This document shows, piece after piece, positions 19,899-30,756 of a stretch of 64,000 bases of DNA (its first letter is position 1; the number at the start of each line of letters is the position of its first letter). Source of the DNA: an uncultured delta proteobacterium (GTDB taxonomy: Bacteria > Myxococcota_A > UBA9160 > UBA4427); the NCBI GenBank assembly GCA_963822965.1, contig CAWGJT010000010.1, positions 544,001-608,000 of the forward strand, given 5' to 3'. Both the position numbers and the translations under genes were made by a program. A model generated the notes under the pieces. That model was not told the origin of the DNA, made no database searches, and saw only the letters and a list, made by a program, of their open reading frames with translations.

Positions 19899-21425
19899 GT
19901 GCTCCGCCCGTCCCTCGAAGAATTCGAAGCCTGCTCGAAGCGCGGCAACCTGATTCCGGTCGTGCGCGAGATCCTGGCCGACCTCGACACGCCGCTCTCG
20001 CTGTTCCGGCGGATCGACGACGGGCGCACGAGCTTCCTGCTCGAGTCCGTCGAGGGCGGCGAGAAGTGGGCCCGCTACAGCTTCATGGGCACCGGCGCGC
20101 GCGCCAACTTCACGTGCCCGCGGGTCGCGACGTCACCTGGGTGGAGCACGCCGAGGGCGATGCCGCCGACACGCGGGAGGAGCGCGTCACGCGTCTCCGG
20201 CGATCCGCTCGAGTTCCTGCGCGACAAGCTTCGAGGACTGCACCACGTGACGCCCGAGGGCTTCGAGCTGGCCGCGCTTCCTCGGCGGGGCCGTGGGCAT
20301 GGTCGGCTACGACTGGGTGCGCTTCGTCGAGCGGCATCCCGCGATGCGAACCCCGACGAGCTCGGCCTGCCCGACCTGTGCTTCGTGCTGCCGGAGACGG
20401 TCGTCGTCTACGACAACATCCGGCACACGGCCCTGATCGTGCGCCACGTCGCAGCTGCAGCCCGGGCGACGACCCGAAGCGGCGCTATGCCGAGGCGGGC
20501 CGCGCGCTCGAGGAGACGGTGCGTCGGCTGCGCGCAGCCGCTCGCCGGCCGAGCCGACGCGGCCGCCGGTCCGCGAGCCCATGGACGTCGAGCGCAGCAT
20601 GACCCGGGAGGCCTTCCACGAGATCGTCGAAGCGGGCCAAGGAGTACATCGAGGCGGGCGACATCTTCCAGGTGGTGCTGTCGCAGCAGTTCCGGATTCC
20701 CCTGCAGGTGGACCCCTTCTCGATCTACCGGCACCTGCGCTCGATCAACCCGAGCCCCTACCTCTTCTTCGTGCGCGGTCGCGGGAGCCGATGCTGGTCG
20801 GCTCGTCGCCGGAGATCCTGGTGCGTCTGGAGGACGGGCGGATGGACGTGCGCCCGATCGCCGGCACGCGCCGACGCGGCGCGCTCGCCCGAGGAGGACC
20901 TGCTTCTGGAGGAGGAGCTGCTCGCCGACCCGAAGGAGCGCGCCGAGCACGTGATGCTGGTGGACCTCGGCCGCAACGACGTCGGCCGGGTGGCCGAGAT
21001 CGGCATCGGTGCACGTGAACGAGTACGCGACGATCGAGCGCTACTCCCACGTGATGCACATCGTCTCCAACGTGCAGGCCGGCTGCGCCCCGGGCTCGAC
21101 TGGCTCGACCTGCTGCGCGCGACCTTCCCGGCCGGCACCCTCTCCGGCGCGCCCAAGGTGCGCGCCATGGAGATCATCGACGAGCTCGAGACGCGTGCGG
21201 CCGCGGCCCCTACGGGGGCTGCGTCGGCTACATCGACTACTCGGGCAACATGGACATGGCGATCACGATCCGGACGATGGTCGTCGCAGGACGGCTAGAT
21301 CACCGTGCAGCGCGGGCGCCGGCATCGTCGCGGACTCGGAGCCCGAGCTCGAGTTCAAGGAGACGGTGAACAAGGCCCGGGCGCTGGTCCAGGCCATCGA
21401 CCTGGCCCGCGAGGGATGCGACTGA
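19899..21425 (+). CDS. trpE: Anthranilate synthase component I (apparent frameshifts)
   Basis: [50 protein letters not shown] and [11 protein letters not shown]. Confidence 0.93.
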
Positions 21426-21442
21426 GCCCTCGTCCCGCCGGC

Positions 21443-22041
21443 ATGCGTCTGCTGATGATCGACAACTACGACTCGTTCACGTACAACCTCGTCCAGTACC
21501 TGGGCGAGCTCGGCGCCGAGGTCGACGTGCGTCCGCAACGACGTCGAGGACGTGGACGCGCTGATGCGCGCGCACGCCCGACGGGCGTGGTGATCTCGCC
21601 GGGCCCGGGCGAGCCGACCGAGGCGGGCGTCTCGATCGACGTGGTGCAGCGCTTCTCGCGCGGCGGGCGTGCCCGGTGCTCGGGCGTCTGCCTCGGCCAC
21701 CAGGCGATCGGCGTGGCCTTCGGGGGCGCATCGTGCGCGCGCGCTCGATCATGCACGGCAAGACCTCCAAGATCGAGCACGAGGGCGCGGCGTCTTCGCC
21801 GGGCTGCCCGCAGCCCTTCGAGGCCACCCGCTACCACTCGCTGGTGATCGAGCGAGGCGAGCTGTCCCGACGTGCTGCGAGATCACGGCGCGCACGGCGG
21901 ACGGCGAGATCATGGGGGTGCGCCATCGCGAGCTGCCCGTCGAGGGCGTGCAGTTCCACCCCGAGTCGATCCTGACCGGGCGAGGGCAAGCAGCTGCTGG
22001 CGAACTTCCTCGGCGCGCTGTCGCGGGCGGCCGCGCGATGA
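21443..22041 (+). CDS. trpG: Anthranilate synthase component II, glutamine amidotransferase (apparent frameshifts)
   Basis: [29 protein letters not shown] and GVQFHPES. Confidence 0.93.
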
Positions 22042-23101
22042 GCCTGCGCGACGCCATCGCGATCGCCGTGTCCGGCGAGGAGGTGCCCGCCGGCGTGCTC
22101 GAGGCCGGCCTTCGGCGAGATCATGGACGGGAAGGCGTCGCCCGCCCGCGATCGCGGCGCTGCTCGTGGCGCTGCGCACGAAGGGCGAGACCGTGGGCGA
22201 GATCGTGGCGGCGGCGCGGGCGCTGCGCGCCCGGGCCTCGACGATCCGGGCCGCAGACCCGCGCACGGTCGACACCTGCGGCACCGGCGGCGAGCGGCCT
22301 CGACACCTTCAACATCTCGACGACCGCCGCCTTCGTCGTGGCCGGGCGCCGGCGTGCCCGTGGCGAAGCACGGCAACCGCGCCGCCAGCCGCCGCACCGG
22401 CAGCTTCGACGTCCTCGAGGCGCTCGGGGTCGCGCATCGACCTGCCGATCGAGGCGCTGCGGCGCGCATCCTCGACGACGGTGGGGATCGCGCCGTTCTT
22501 CGCCCGACGCGCCCACCCGGCGATGCGCCACGCGGCGCCCGTGCGCGCGGGAGCTCGGCGTCCGGACGCTGATGAACTGCATCGGGCCGCTGCTGAACCC
22601 GGCGGGCGTCCGCTACCAGCTGGTCGGCTGTCTACGACGCGCGCTGGGTCGAGCCCCTGGCCCGGGCCCTCGGCGCGCTCGGCGCCGAGCGCGCCCTGGT
22701 GGTGCACGGCTCGGACGGGCTCGACGAGCTCACGACGACCGGTCCGAGCCACGCGGCGCTGTTCGACGCCGCGAAGGGCGACGCGAGCGCCGGTGCGGTG
22801 GAGGTGTTCGAGGTCGATCCCGCGCAGCTCGGCCTGCCGCGGGCGAGCCTGGCCGACCTCGCCGGGGGCGAGCCCCGCGAGAACGCCCGGCATCCTGCGC
22901 GCGGTCCTCGACGGCGAGACCGGGCCGCGGCGCGACGTCGTGCTGCTGGCGGCCGCGGCGGCGCTGTGGGTGGCCGAGAAGGCGTCGTCGGCTCGCCGAG
23001 GGGATCGAGCAGGCGCGCGAGCGAGCATCGACTCGGGCGCCGCCGCGGCGAAGCTCGACGCCCTGGTGAAGGCGACCACGCGGAGGCCGCGCGCGGCATG
23101 A
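22038..23101 (+). CDS. trpD: Anthranilate phosphoribosyltransferase (apparent frameshifts)
   Basis: DTCGTGG, TFNIST, VAKHGNR, HPAMR, GPLLNP and VHG.DGLDE. Confidence 0.92.
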
Positions 23102-23967
23102 GCGCCGGCACGACGATCCTCGACGAGATCCTCGCCGCACAAGCGGCGTGGAGGTGGCGCGGGCGCGAGAGCGCAGCGGCGCCGGCGGAGATGGCCGCCC
23201 GTGCCGAGGCGCTGCGCGAGCCGACCCGGGGCTTTCGCGAGGCCCTGGTGCGCCACGAGCCGCCCGCGGTGATCGCGGAGCTGAAGCGGCGCTCTCCGAG
23301 CAAGGGCGAGATCCGCCCGGGCTTCGACCCGGTCGCCTGCGCGCGGGACTACGCGGCGGGCGGGGCGGCGTGCCTCTCGGTGCTCACCGACGAGCACTAC
23401 TTCGGTGGCCACCTCGACATCCTGCGAGCCGTTCGGGAAGCGGTCGCCCTGCCGCTGCTGCGCAAGGACTTCAGCGATCGACGCGTACCAGATCGACGAG
23501 GCCCGCGTGGCCGGGGCCGACGCCGTCCTGCTGATCGTCGGGAATCCTCGACGACGAGGCGCTGGCGGCGCTTCGCGCCGCGGGCCCGGGCGCTCGGGCT
23601 CGACGCCCTGGTCGAGGTACACGACGAGGTGGAGCTCGAGCGCGCGCTGGCGGCGGGCGCGGATCTGGTCGGCGTCAACAACCGCGACCTGCGCGACGTT
23701 CGAGGTGGATCTCGGCACGACGGCGCGGCTGGCGGCGCGGATTCCGGCGGGCCGGGACGTCCTGCTCGTGGCCGAGAGCGGCATCTGCGGCCACGCGGAC
23801 GTCGAGCGGCTCTTCCAGGCTGGTGCGCGGGCGTTTCTCGTGGGAGAGTCTTTGATGCGCCGGCCGGACGTGGCCCGGGCGCTGCGCGAGCTGCGGGGCG
23901 GGGAGCCGACGCAGGAACGGGGCCCGGGGGCGGGCACCGGTGCGCGAATCGAGGGAGGAGCTCGTGA
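23098..23967 (+). CDS. trpC: Indole-3-glycerol phosphate synthase (apparent frameshifts)
   Basis: [45 protein letters not shown] and LVGESLM. Confidence 0.93.
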   Translation: MSAGTTILDEILAAQAAWRWRGRESAAAPAEMAARAEALREPTRGFREALVRHEPPAVIAELKRRSPSKGEIRPGFDPVACARDYAAGGAACLSVLTDEHYFGGHLDILRAVREAVALPLLRKDFSDRRVPDRRGPRGRGRRRPADRRESSTTRRWRRFAPRARALGLDALVEVHDEVELERALAAGADLVGVNNRDLRDVRGGSRHDGAAGGADSGGPGRPARGRERHLRPRGRRAALPGWCAGVSRGRVFDAPAGRGPGAARAAGRGADAGTGPGGGHRCANRGRSS

Positions 23968-24633
23968 GCGGGAGCGTTCGCATCAAGATCTGTGGCATCC
24001 GGACACCGGACGACGCGGCGGCCGCCGTGGAGGCCGGCGCCGACCTGATCGGGGTGAACTTCGTTCCCGATTCGCCCCGGTGCGTCGACGTGTCCACGGC
24101 CGAGGAGATCTGCCGGCGGTCGAGGGCTCCGGGCGTCGAGCGGGTCGCCCTGTTCCGCGACGCCACCTGGGACGAGATCGAGCACGTGCTGCGGCGCGTG
24201 CGACTTCGACCGCGTGCAGTTCCACGGCGACGAGACCGAGGAGGAGGTGGAGGAGGTCGACCTGCCGGTCATCAAGGCGATCCGCGGCGCCGACCTCGAG
24301 GCCGCCGAGACCTACCCGGGGACCATCCTGCTGCTGGACCACCCGAGCGAGGGCGGCGGGCGCGGCAAGGCCTGGGACTGGAGCGAGGCCGCCGAGCTGA
24401 TCGCGCACGGCCACGACGTGATCCTGGCGGGCGGCCTCAGCCCGGAGAACGTGGGGCAGGCCTTGGGAGACATCGGCGAGCTACTGCCCTGGGGCGTCGA
24501 CTGCGCGACCGGGGTCGAGGGAGAGGGGTACCGCAAGGACCCCGACAAGATGAAGGCCTTCGTCGCGGCGGTCCGCCAGGCGGAGGACGCGGGCACCGGC
24601 GGCCGCGCGAAGCCCGGCGAGAACGAGGCCTGA
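23964..24633 (+). CDS. trpF: Phosphoribosylanthranilate isomerase (frameshift near 24200)
   Basis: [27 protein letters not shown] and GVD.ATGVE. Confidence 0.92.
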
Positions 24634-24660
24634 GACCGGCCGGAGAGAGCCCGAACATCC

Positions 24661-25912
24661 ATGAGCAATCCGAACGGCAGACGCGGGATCCGCAGCGAGC
24701 CCGACGAGCACGGCCGCTTCGGCGACTTCGGGGGACGCTACGTCTCCGAATCGCTGATCGCCGCGCTCGACGAGCTGGTAGAGGCCACGGAGACCATCGT
24801 TCCCTCGCCGGCGTTCCGAGGCGGAGCTGGATCACCTGCTGCGGACCTACGCCGGCCGGCCGACGCCCCTCACCTTCGCAGCGCGCATGACCGAGGATCT
24901 CGGCGGCGCGAAGGTCTATCTGAAGCGCGAGGACCTCGCGCACACGGGCGCGCACAAGATCAACAACGTCCTGGGACAGGCGCTGCTCGCGAAGTACATG
25001 GGCAAGCCGCGGGTGATCGCCGAGACGGGCGCCGGGCAGCACGGCTGTGCCGCGGCCACGGCCTGCGCGCTGCTGGGCCTCGAGTGCGTGGTCTACATGG
25101 GCGAGGAGGACGTGCGGCGTCAGGCGCTGAACGTCTTCCGCATGGAGCTGCTGGGCGCCGAGGTGCGGCCGGTGAGCTCGGGCTCGCGCACGCTGAAGGA
25201 CGCCATCAACGAGGCGATGCGCGACTGGGTGACGAACGTCCGCAACACCTACTACTGCATCGGCTCCGTGATGGGCCCGCACCCGTACCCCACCCTGGTC
25301 CGCAACTTCCAGCGCGTGATCGGGCTCGAGGTGCGCGCGCAGGTCCAGGAGGTGGAGGGCCGCCTGCCGGACGTGCTCGTGGCCTGCGTGGGCGGGGGCT
25401 CGAACGCGATGGGTCTCTTCCACCCGTTCGTGGAGGACGACGGCGTGCGCCTGGTGGGCGTGGAGCCGGGCGGAGAGGGCGTCCACTCGGGGCGCCACGG
25501 GGCCACCATCACGGCGGGGGTCCCCGGCATCTTCCACGGCAAGCGCACCTACGTGCTGTCGGACGACGACGGGCAGATCTTCCCCGCCCACTCGGTCTCG
25601 GCGGGCCTCGACTATCCGGGCGTGGGGCCGGAGCACGCGTACCTGAAGGACGCGGGTCGGGCGGAGTACGTGGTGGCCGACGACGACGAGGCGCTCGACG
25701 CCTTCGTCTACCTGTCCCGCAAGGAAGGCATCATTCCCGCTCTCGAGAGCGCCCACGCGGTGGCGCACGCGCGCAAGCTCGCGCCCGAGCTGCCCCCGGA
25801 AGCCATCCTGGTCGTGAATCTCTCGGGGCGCGGCGACAAGGACGTGGACGAGGTGCGCCAGATCCTGGCGCGCCGCGCCGCGGAAGGCTCCGCCGTCCCG
25901 GGGCTGCACTGA
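24661..25912 (+). CDS. trpB: Tryptophan synthase beta chain (frameshifts near 24820-24885)
   Basis: [53 protein letters not shown] and LSGRGDKD. Confidence 0.95.
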
Positions 25913-25958
25913 TGTCGTGTCGCAGACCGCGAGGTTCGCGTCTTTCGGAGCGCCGCTG

Positions 25959-26765
25959 ATGTCGCGAATCGGCGAACGCTTCGCGGCGCTGCGCGAGCGG
26001 GGGGAGGGCGCCCTCGTGGTCTTCCTCACCGCGGGAGACCCGGACCTCGAAGCCACCGAAGCGCTCGTGTTGACGATGGCCGAGTCCGGGGCGGACGTGA
26101 TCGAGATCGGCGTGCCGTTCTCCGATCCCACCGCCGACGGGCCCACCATCCAACGCTCGAGCGAACGGGGGCTTCGGGCCGGGGCCAGCCTGCGCCGCAT
26201 TCTCGACCTCGTGCGGGGCCTGCGCGACCGGGTGGACGTGCCCCTCGTGCTGATGGGCTATGCGAACCCCTTCTACGCCATGGGTGCCGAGCGCTTCGCG
26301 GCCGCCGCCCGGGAGGTGGGCGTGGACGGGGTGATCGTGCCGGACCTGCCGCCCGAGGAGGGGGCTTCGTTCTTCGATGCGCTCGAGCGTGCGGGCATCG
26401 ATGGAATCCTGCTCGCCGCCCCGACCACCACCCGCGAGCGGATGAAGCTGCTGGCGGAGCGGACCCGGGGCTTCCTCTACTACGTGTCGCTCACGGGCGT
26501 CACCAGCGCCCGGGGCGCCCTCGGCGGTGGCATTCGCGAGGGCGTGGCGCTCGCGAAGGAGTTCACCCGGCTGCCGGTGTGCGTGGGCTTCGGCATCTCG
26601 CGTCCGGAGCACGCGCGAGAGGTGGCGTCCCCCGGCGAGGGATGCGCGGAGGGCGTGGTGGTGGGCAGCGCCATCGTCGACCGCATCGAGGCGGCGGCCT
26701 CCCCCGACGAGGCGGTGGCGGACGTGGGCCGCTTCGTCGCCGAGATGAAGGCCGCCCTGCGCTGA
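25959..26765 (+). CDS. trpA: Tryptophan synthase alpha chain
   Basis: TAGDP, IEIGVPFSDP.ADGPTIQ, DLPPEE, YYVS..GVT, VGFGI and VVGSA. Confidence 0.95.
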   Translation: MSRIGERFAALRERGEGALVVFLTAGDPDLEATEALVLTMAESGADVIEIGVPFSDPTADGPTIQRSSERGLRAGASLRRILDLVRGLRDRVDVPLVLMGYANPFYAMGAERFAAAAREVGVDGVIVPDLPPEEGASFFDALERAGIDGILLAAPTTTRERMKLLAERTRGFLYYVSLTGVTSARGALGGGIREGVALAKEFTRLPVCVGFGISRPEHAREVASPGEGCAEGVVVGSAIVDRIEAAASPDEAVADVGRFVAEMKAALR

Positions 26766-26790
26766 CCCGCGCGTTCGGCCGCCCGGCGGG

Positions 26791-27408
26791 TCAGCCGACC
26801 AGCTGCTTCCAGAGGTCGCGCACCTGCTGGAGGGTCTCGTCGTAGCTGCCGCTGTTGTCGATCAGGTGATCGGCCAGCGCCCGCTTCTCGTCGATCGGCA
26901 CCTGGGCCCGGATCCGGGCCAGGGCCTCCTCCCGGGTGCAGGCGTCGCGATCCATGGTCCGCTCGATCTGGAGCTCCACCGGCACCCAGGCCAGGATCAC
27001 CCCCTCCACGCCCAGGGCGCCGGCGGTGTCCCGTCCCTCGCGCCGTCCCTCGAAGAGCAGCGGAATGTCCGCCACCGCCATGGGCGCCATCGCCTCCCGG
27101 GCCTCGCTCACCTGTCGCAGCATCTCCAGGCCCACCTGGGGATGGACGATCAGGCCGAGCCGGCGGCGGGCCTCGGGGTCGCGGAAGACGATGCCGGCCA
27201 GGCTCTTGCGGTCCAGGGCGCCGGAGCCGTCGAGGATCTCCTCGCCGAACGCGGCGGCGAGCTCGTCGAGCATCGGCATGCCCGGCGCCTGCAGCTCGTG
27301 AACGATGCGGTCGGCGTCGATGATGACGGCGCCGAGCTCGCGGAGCATGCTCGCCACCGTGCTCTTGCCCGAGCCGATCCCACCCGTGAGTCCCACCACG
27401 CGCGTCAT
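26791..27408 (-). CDS. coaE: Dephospho-CoA kinase
   Basis: GLTGGIGSGKST, IDAD, IVHP, DIPLLFE and IDNSG. Confidence 0.95.
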   Translation of the reverse strand: MTRVVGLTGGIGSGKSTVASMLRELGAVIIDADRIVHELQAPGMPMLDELAAAFGEEILDGSGALDRKSLAGIVFRDPEARRRLGLIVHPQVGLEMLRQVSEAREAMAPMAVADIPLLFEGRREGRDTAGALGVEGVILAWVPVELQIERTMDRDACTREEALARIRAQVPIDEKRALADHLIDNSGSYDETLQQVRDLWKQLVG

Positions 27409-27480
27409 GGGACCATGATGCACCACTCCGCGCGGCTTCGCCTCGGCGGCGGGGGCGCGGGAGGGCGAGGATGCCCGGGG

Positions 27481-29283
27481 TCAGTCGAGCTCGCTGTCCA
27501 CCATGGCCGCGACCACGCAGTTCTTGCCCTGGTCCTTCGCGCTGTACAGGGCCCGGTCCGCGGCCTCGAAGAAGAGCCGTCGGTTGCCCGCGAACTGGGC
27601 CACGCCGACCGAGACGGTGATGCGCACCGGCCGCAGGCTGTCGTTCACGATGTGCGGGGCCTGCTCGACCGCCATCCGGATCTTCTCCGCCAGGGCGATT
27701 CCGCCCTCGATGTCGGTGTCGGTCGCCAGCACCACGAACTCCTCGCCCCCGTAGCGCGCGAGCAGGTCGCTCTTGCGCACCGTCGTGTCCAGGATCGAGG
27801 CCACGCGCATCAGCAGCTCGTCGCCGCTCGCGTGGCCGAGCCGGTCGTTGAGCTGCTTGAAGTCGTCGAGATCGACGAGCAGCATCGAGAGGGGCTTGCC
27901 CGTGCGCCCCTGCCGCTTGATCTCGCGGATGAGACTCTCCTGGAAGTAGCGGTGGTTGTGGAGCTTCGTGAGGCCGTCGGTGATCGACAGCTGCGAGAGG
28001 ACCTCGTTCGCGCGCTGCAGCTCCTCGTTCTGGCTCAGGAGCTGGCGGTTCGCGTCCCGCAGCTCGGCCTGGCTCTCGCGCAGCTTGCCCATCATCTCGT
28101 TGAAGGACCGCGTCAGGCGCCCGATCTCGTCGTGGGTGCCCGGGTCGGAGATCGCCTGGCCCAGGTCTCCCCGGGAGGCCAGCCGCGCTCCCTCGGAGAG
28201 GTCCTCGATCGGGCGGAGCATGCGGGTGGTGATGCGGTAGGCGAACGCGATGAAGACGACGATGATGACGAGATCGGTGACGAAGATGCGCGTCACGACG
28301 TCGAGCACCGGCGCGAACGCCCGGGTGAACGGCGCTTCGACGACGAGCACCCAGTCGCGCGCCGCGATCTCCGGGGCCTGGGCCTCTGCAGGCCCGCAGA
28401 CCCGCGCGATGGCACCGAGCACGTGCACCCCGCTCTCGCTCGCGTACTCCTGCACCCGCTCCGACGAGCGCGCGCGAAGCTGGGCGACGGCGTGCTCCGC
28501 GGCCGCCGGGGGCAGCGGGTCCTCCCCGATGCTCGCGAGCACGAGGCCGTCCCCGTCGGTCAGCAGCAGCGGCCCGATGCCCTCGCGACTCTCGCTCGCG
28601 AGGATCGACTGGATGCGGTCCCGTTTGAAGCGGGCCACGAGCCAGGGGCCGCCGGCGTCGTCGGCGAGGGGAGCCGCAGCGATCGCGACCCCTCGCTCCC
28701 GCACCCGCATCGCGAAGGTTCCCGGCGAAGCGTCCGTGACGGGCCACGGCGCGGGGGGCAGGGCGTCCTCCGGCCAGGATTCGCTGGACGCGAGCCATTC
28801 GCCGCGGGAAGACAGCACGGCCGCGGCGTCGAAGTGCAGGGCGCCCGCCAGGAAGTCCTCCAGCATGCGTCGCGCCGCGGGATGGTGACCGGCCCGCGAG
28901 TGCGTGAGCGAGCCGAGCTGGTGGCGGGTCAGGCGATCCGCCGCCATGGCGGCGATCTCCGTGCGCCCGCTCTCGAGCCACGGAGCCAGCGCGGTCGCCG
29001 TGCGCGCCAGGGCCGCCGGCAGGCCCCGATCGATGCGGTCCCGCAGCTGCGCGTGGGTCGCCTGGATCGCGATCCAGCTGATCACGAGGGCCGTGCTGAA
29101 GGTGCACAGGAAGACCAGGAAGATGATCTTCGCCGCGATGCTGTGGCGGCGCGGGTCCTTCGCGTCGGCGCTCGCGTGTGTGGGCGTGGGGTCGGGCATC
29201 GGATCGCAGGCACTCCTGTCCACCTCCCGTATCGACCTTGCGCGCAAACGGCTTGATTTACCCCCACGACTGGAAACCTTCAT
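27481..29283 (-). CDS. Membrane-bound diguanylate cyclase (TM-sensor-TM-HAMP-GGDEF); start may be ATG 29199
   Basis: Two TM helices, HAMP DEIG.L..SFN.M, DGLT.LHN, DLDDFKQLND..GH..GD, RxxD I-site and RYGGEEF. Confidence 0.92.
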   Translation of the reverse strand: MKVSSRGGKSSRLRARSIREVDRSACDPMPDPTPTHASADAKDPRRHSIAAKIIFLVFLCTFSTALVISWIAIQATHAQLRDRIDRGLPAALARTATALAPWLESGRTEIAAMAADRLTRHQLGSLTHSRAGHHPAARRMLEDFLAGALHFDAAAVLSSRGEWLASSESWPEDALPPAPWPVTDASPGTFAMRVRERGVAIAAAPLADDAGGPWLVARFKRDRIQSILASESREGIGPLLLTDGDGLVLASIGEDPLPPAAAEHAVAQLRARSSERVQEYASESGVHVLGAIARVCGPAEAQAPEIAARDWVLVVEAPFTRAFAPVLDVVTRIFVTDLVIIVVFIAFAYRITTRMLRPIEDLSEGARLASRGDLGQAISDPGTHDEIGRLTRSFNEMMGKLRESQAELRDANRQLLSQNEELQRANEVLSQLSITDGLTKLHNHRYFQESLIREIKRQGRTGKPLSMLLVDLDDFKQLNDRLGHASGDELLMRVASILDTTVRKSDLLARYGGEEFVVLATDTDIEGGIALAEKIRMAVEQAPHIVNDSLRPVRITVSVGVAQFAGNRRLFFEAADRALYSAKDQGKNCVVAAMVDSELD

Positions 29284-29550
29284 GAATTCGACAAGTTAGG
29301 CGTATCCCGAGGGAGCCCTCGGCCCCGGGGGCCGCCGCTCGCGGCCAAGTGGTGATAACCCCTTGTCGCACAAGACGAATCGGGCCCCCGGCCGATTGCG
29401 ACGCCTTTGCCCCCTTGGTATCTTGCGCGAGATTTTCCGGGGGGTTAGCGACTCTGCCACCGGTCGGATCGACCCCCCGAACTCCCCTGAATGGTCTCGG
29501 ACGGGACCCGTGTGCAGACGCTCGACGAGCGTCGGATCGACGAGGAGCGG

Positions 29551-30756
29551 ATGGCCGACGAACGTCGACCGCAGACAGCCGGCGGCGACAGCTCGCATGC
29601 CGGCGTATCGCCGGAGCTCGCGCGCCTGCGCGAGGCGATCGACCGCGTCGATCTGGAGATCCTCGAGCGTCTCAACGAGCGGGCGCGACTGGTCAAGCAG
29701 GTCGGCGAGGAGAAGCGCACCCGGCGGGCGCCGGTCTACGTGGCCGGTCGGGAGCGGGACCTGATCGCGCGCTTGCAGGAGCAGAACCCCGGACCCTTCC
29801 CCACCGCCGCCATCCGGCACGTGTTCCGGGAGATCGTCTCGGCGACGCGCTCCCTGGAGGAGATCGTACGGGTGGCGTTCCTCGGGCCCGAGGGCACCTT
29901 CAGTCACCAGGCCGTGGCGCGGCAGTTCGGCGCCCAGATCGACCGCATGCCCGCCGCCTCCATGCGCGAGGTGTTCTCGCTCACCCAGCAGGGGAAGTCC
30001 CACTACGGCGTGGTGGCGGTCGAGAACACCACCGAGGGCGCGGTGGCCGAGACCTTCGACGCGCTGGTCGAGTCGGAGCTCTCCATCTGCGGCGAGCTCA
30101 TGCTCGAGGTGACCGAGTGCCTTCTCTCGGCCTCGGGTCGCGTGGAGGACATCCGGAAGCTCGCATCCCACCCCCAGCCGCTCGGCCAGTGTCGCCTCTG
30201 GATCCAGCGCCACCTGCCCGGCATGCAGATCGTCGAGACGGCCAGCACCGCGGCGGCCGCGCAGCTCGCCGCCCAGGACGGCGCCGTCGCGGCCATCGCC
30301 AGCGAGGTCGCCGCGGACGTGTACGGGCTCCAGGTGATCGAGCGCGAGATCGAGGACAGCCCGGGCAACACCACCCGCTTCCTGGTGATCGGCCGCGAAT
30401 CGCCGGCGCCGAGCGGCGACGACCTCACGTCGGCGGTCTTCACCGTGCGCAAGGACCAGAGCGGGGCCCTGTATCGCCTGCTCGAGCCGTTCGCGCGCTA
30501 CGGCGTGAACCTGAACTCCATCCAGTCGCGCCCGATGAAGGGAAAGCCCTGGGAGTACCTGTTCTTCGTGGACATGCAGGGACACGCGGAGGACACGAAC
30601 GTCGCCAAGGCCCTGCGCGAGGCGGCCGGTGTCGCCCACTCCCACAAGATCCTGGGCTCGTATCCCCGGGCGTCGGCGACTCCCCGGACCTCCGCGGCGC
30701 GGAAGCCCGCGGCGCGCGCGGCCTCCGACACCCTGCCCGGCGAGGAGGGCGCGTGA
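29551..30756 (+). CDS. pheA: Chorismate mutase/prephenate dehydratase (P-protein)
   Basis: LR..IDRVD..I...LNERA, FLGPEGTFS, ENTTEG, SHPQ, NTTRF and ACT-domain IQSRP. Confidence 0.95.
   Translation: MADERRPQTAGGDSSHAGVSPELARLREAIDRVDLEILERLNERARLVKQVGEEKRTRRAPVYVAGRERDLIARLQEQNPGPFPTAAIRHVFREIVSATRSLEEIVRVAFLGPEGTFSHQAVARQFGAQIDRMPAASMREVFSLTQQGKSHYGVVAVENTTEGAVAETFDALVESELSICGELMLEVTECLLSASGRVEDIRKLASHPQPLGQCRLWIQRHLPGMQIVETASTAAAAQLAAQDGAVAAIASEVAADVYGLQVIEREIEDSPGNTTRFLVIGRESPAPSGDDLTSAVFTVRKDQSGALYRLLEPFARYGVNLNSIQSRPMKGKPWEYLFFVDMQGHAEDTNVAKALREAAGVAHSHKILGSYPRASATPRTSAARKPAARAASDTLPGEEGA

Noticed and set aside
19899..24900. Pseudogenised trp operon (tryptophan auxotrophy)
   Set aside because: The lesions are single-base indels with all catalytic motifs preserved, and the same pattern affects unrelated genes; sequencing error is more parsimonious.
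29200..29550. tRNA, riboswitch or attenuator in the DGC-pheA intergenic region
   Set aside because: No cloverleaf, T-loop consensus or Phe-rich leader peptide was recognisable by eye; an Rfam scan would be needed to exclude it fully.
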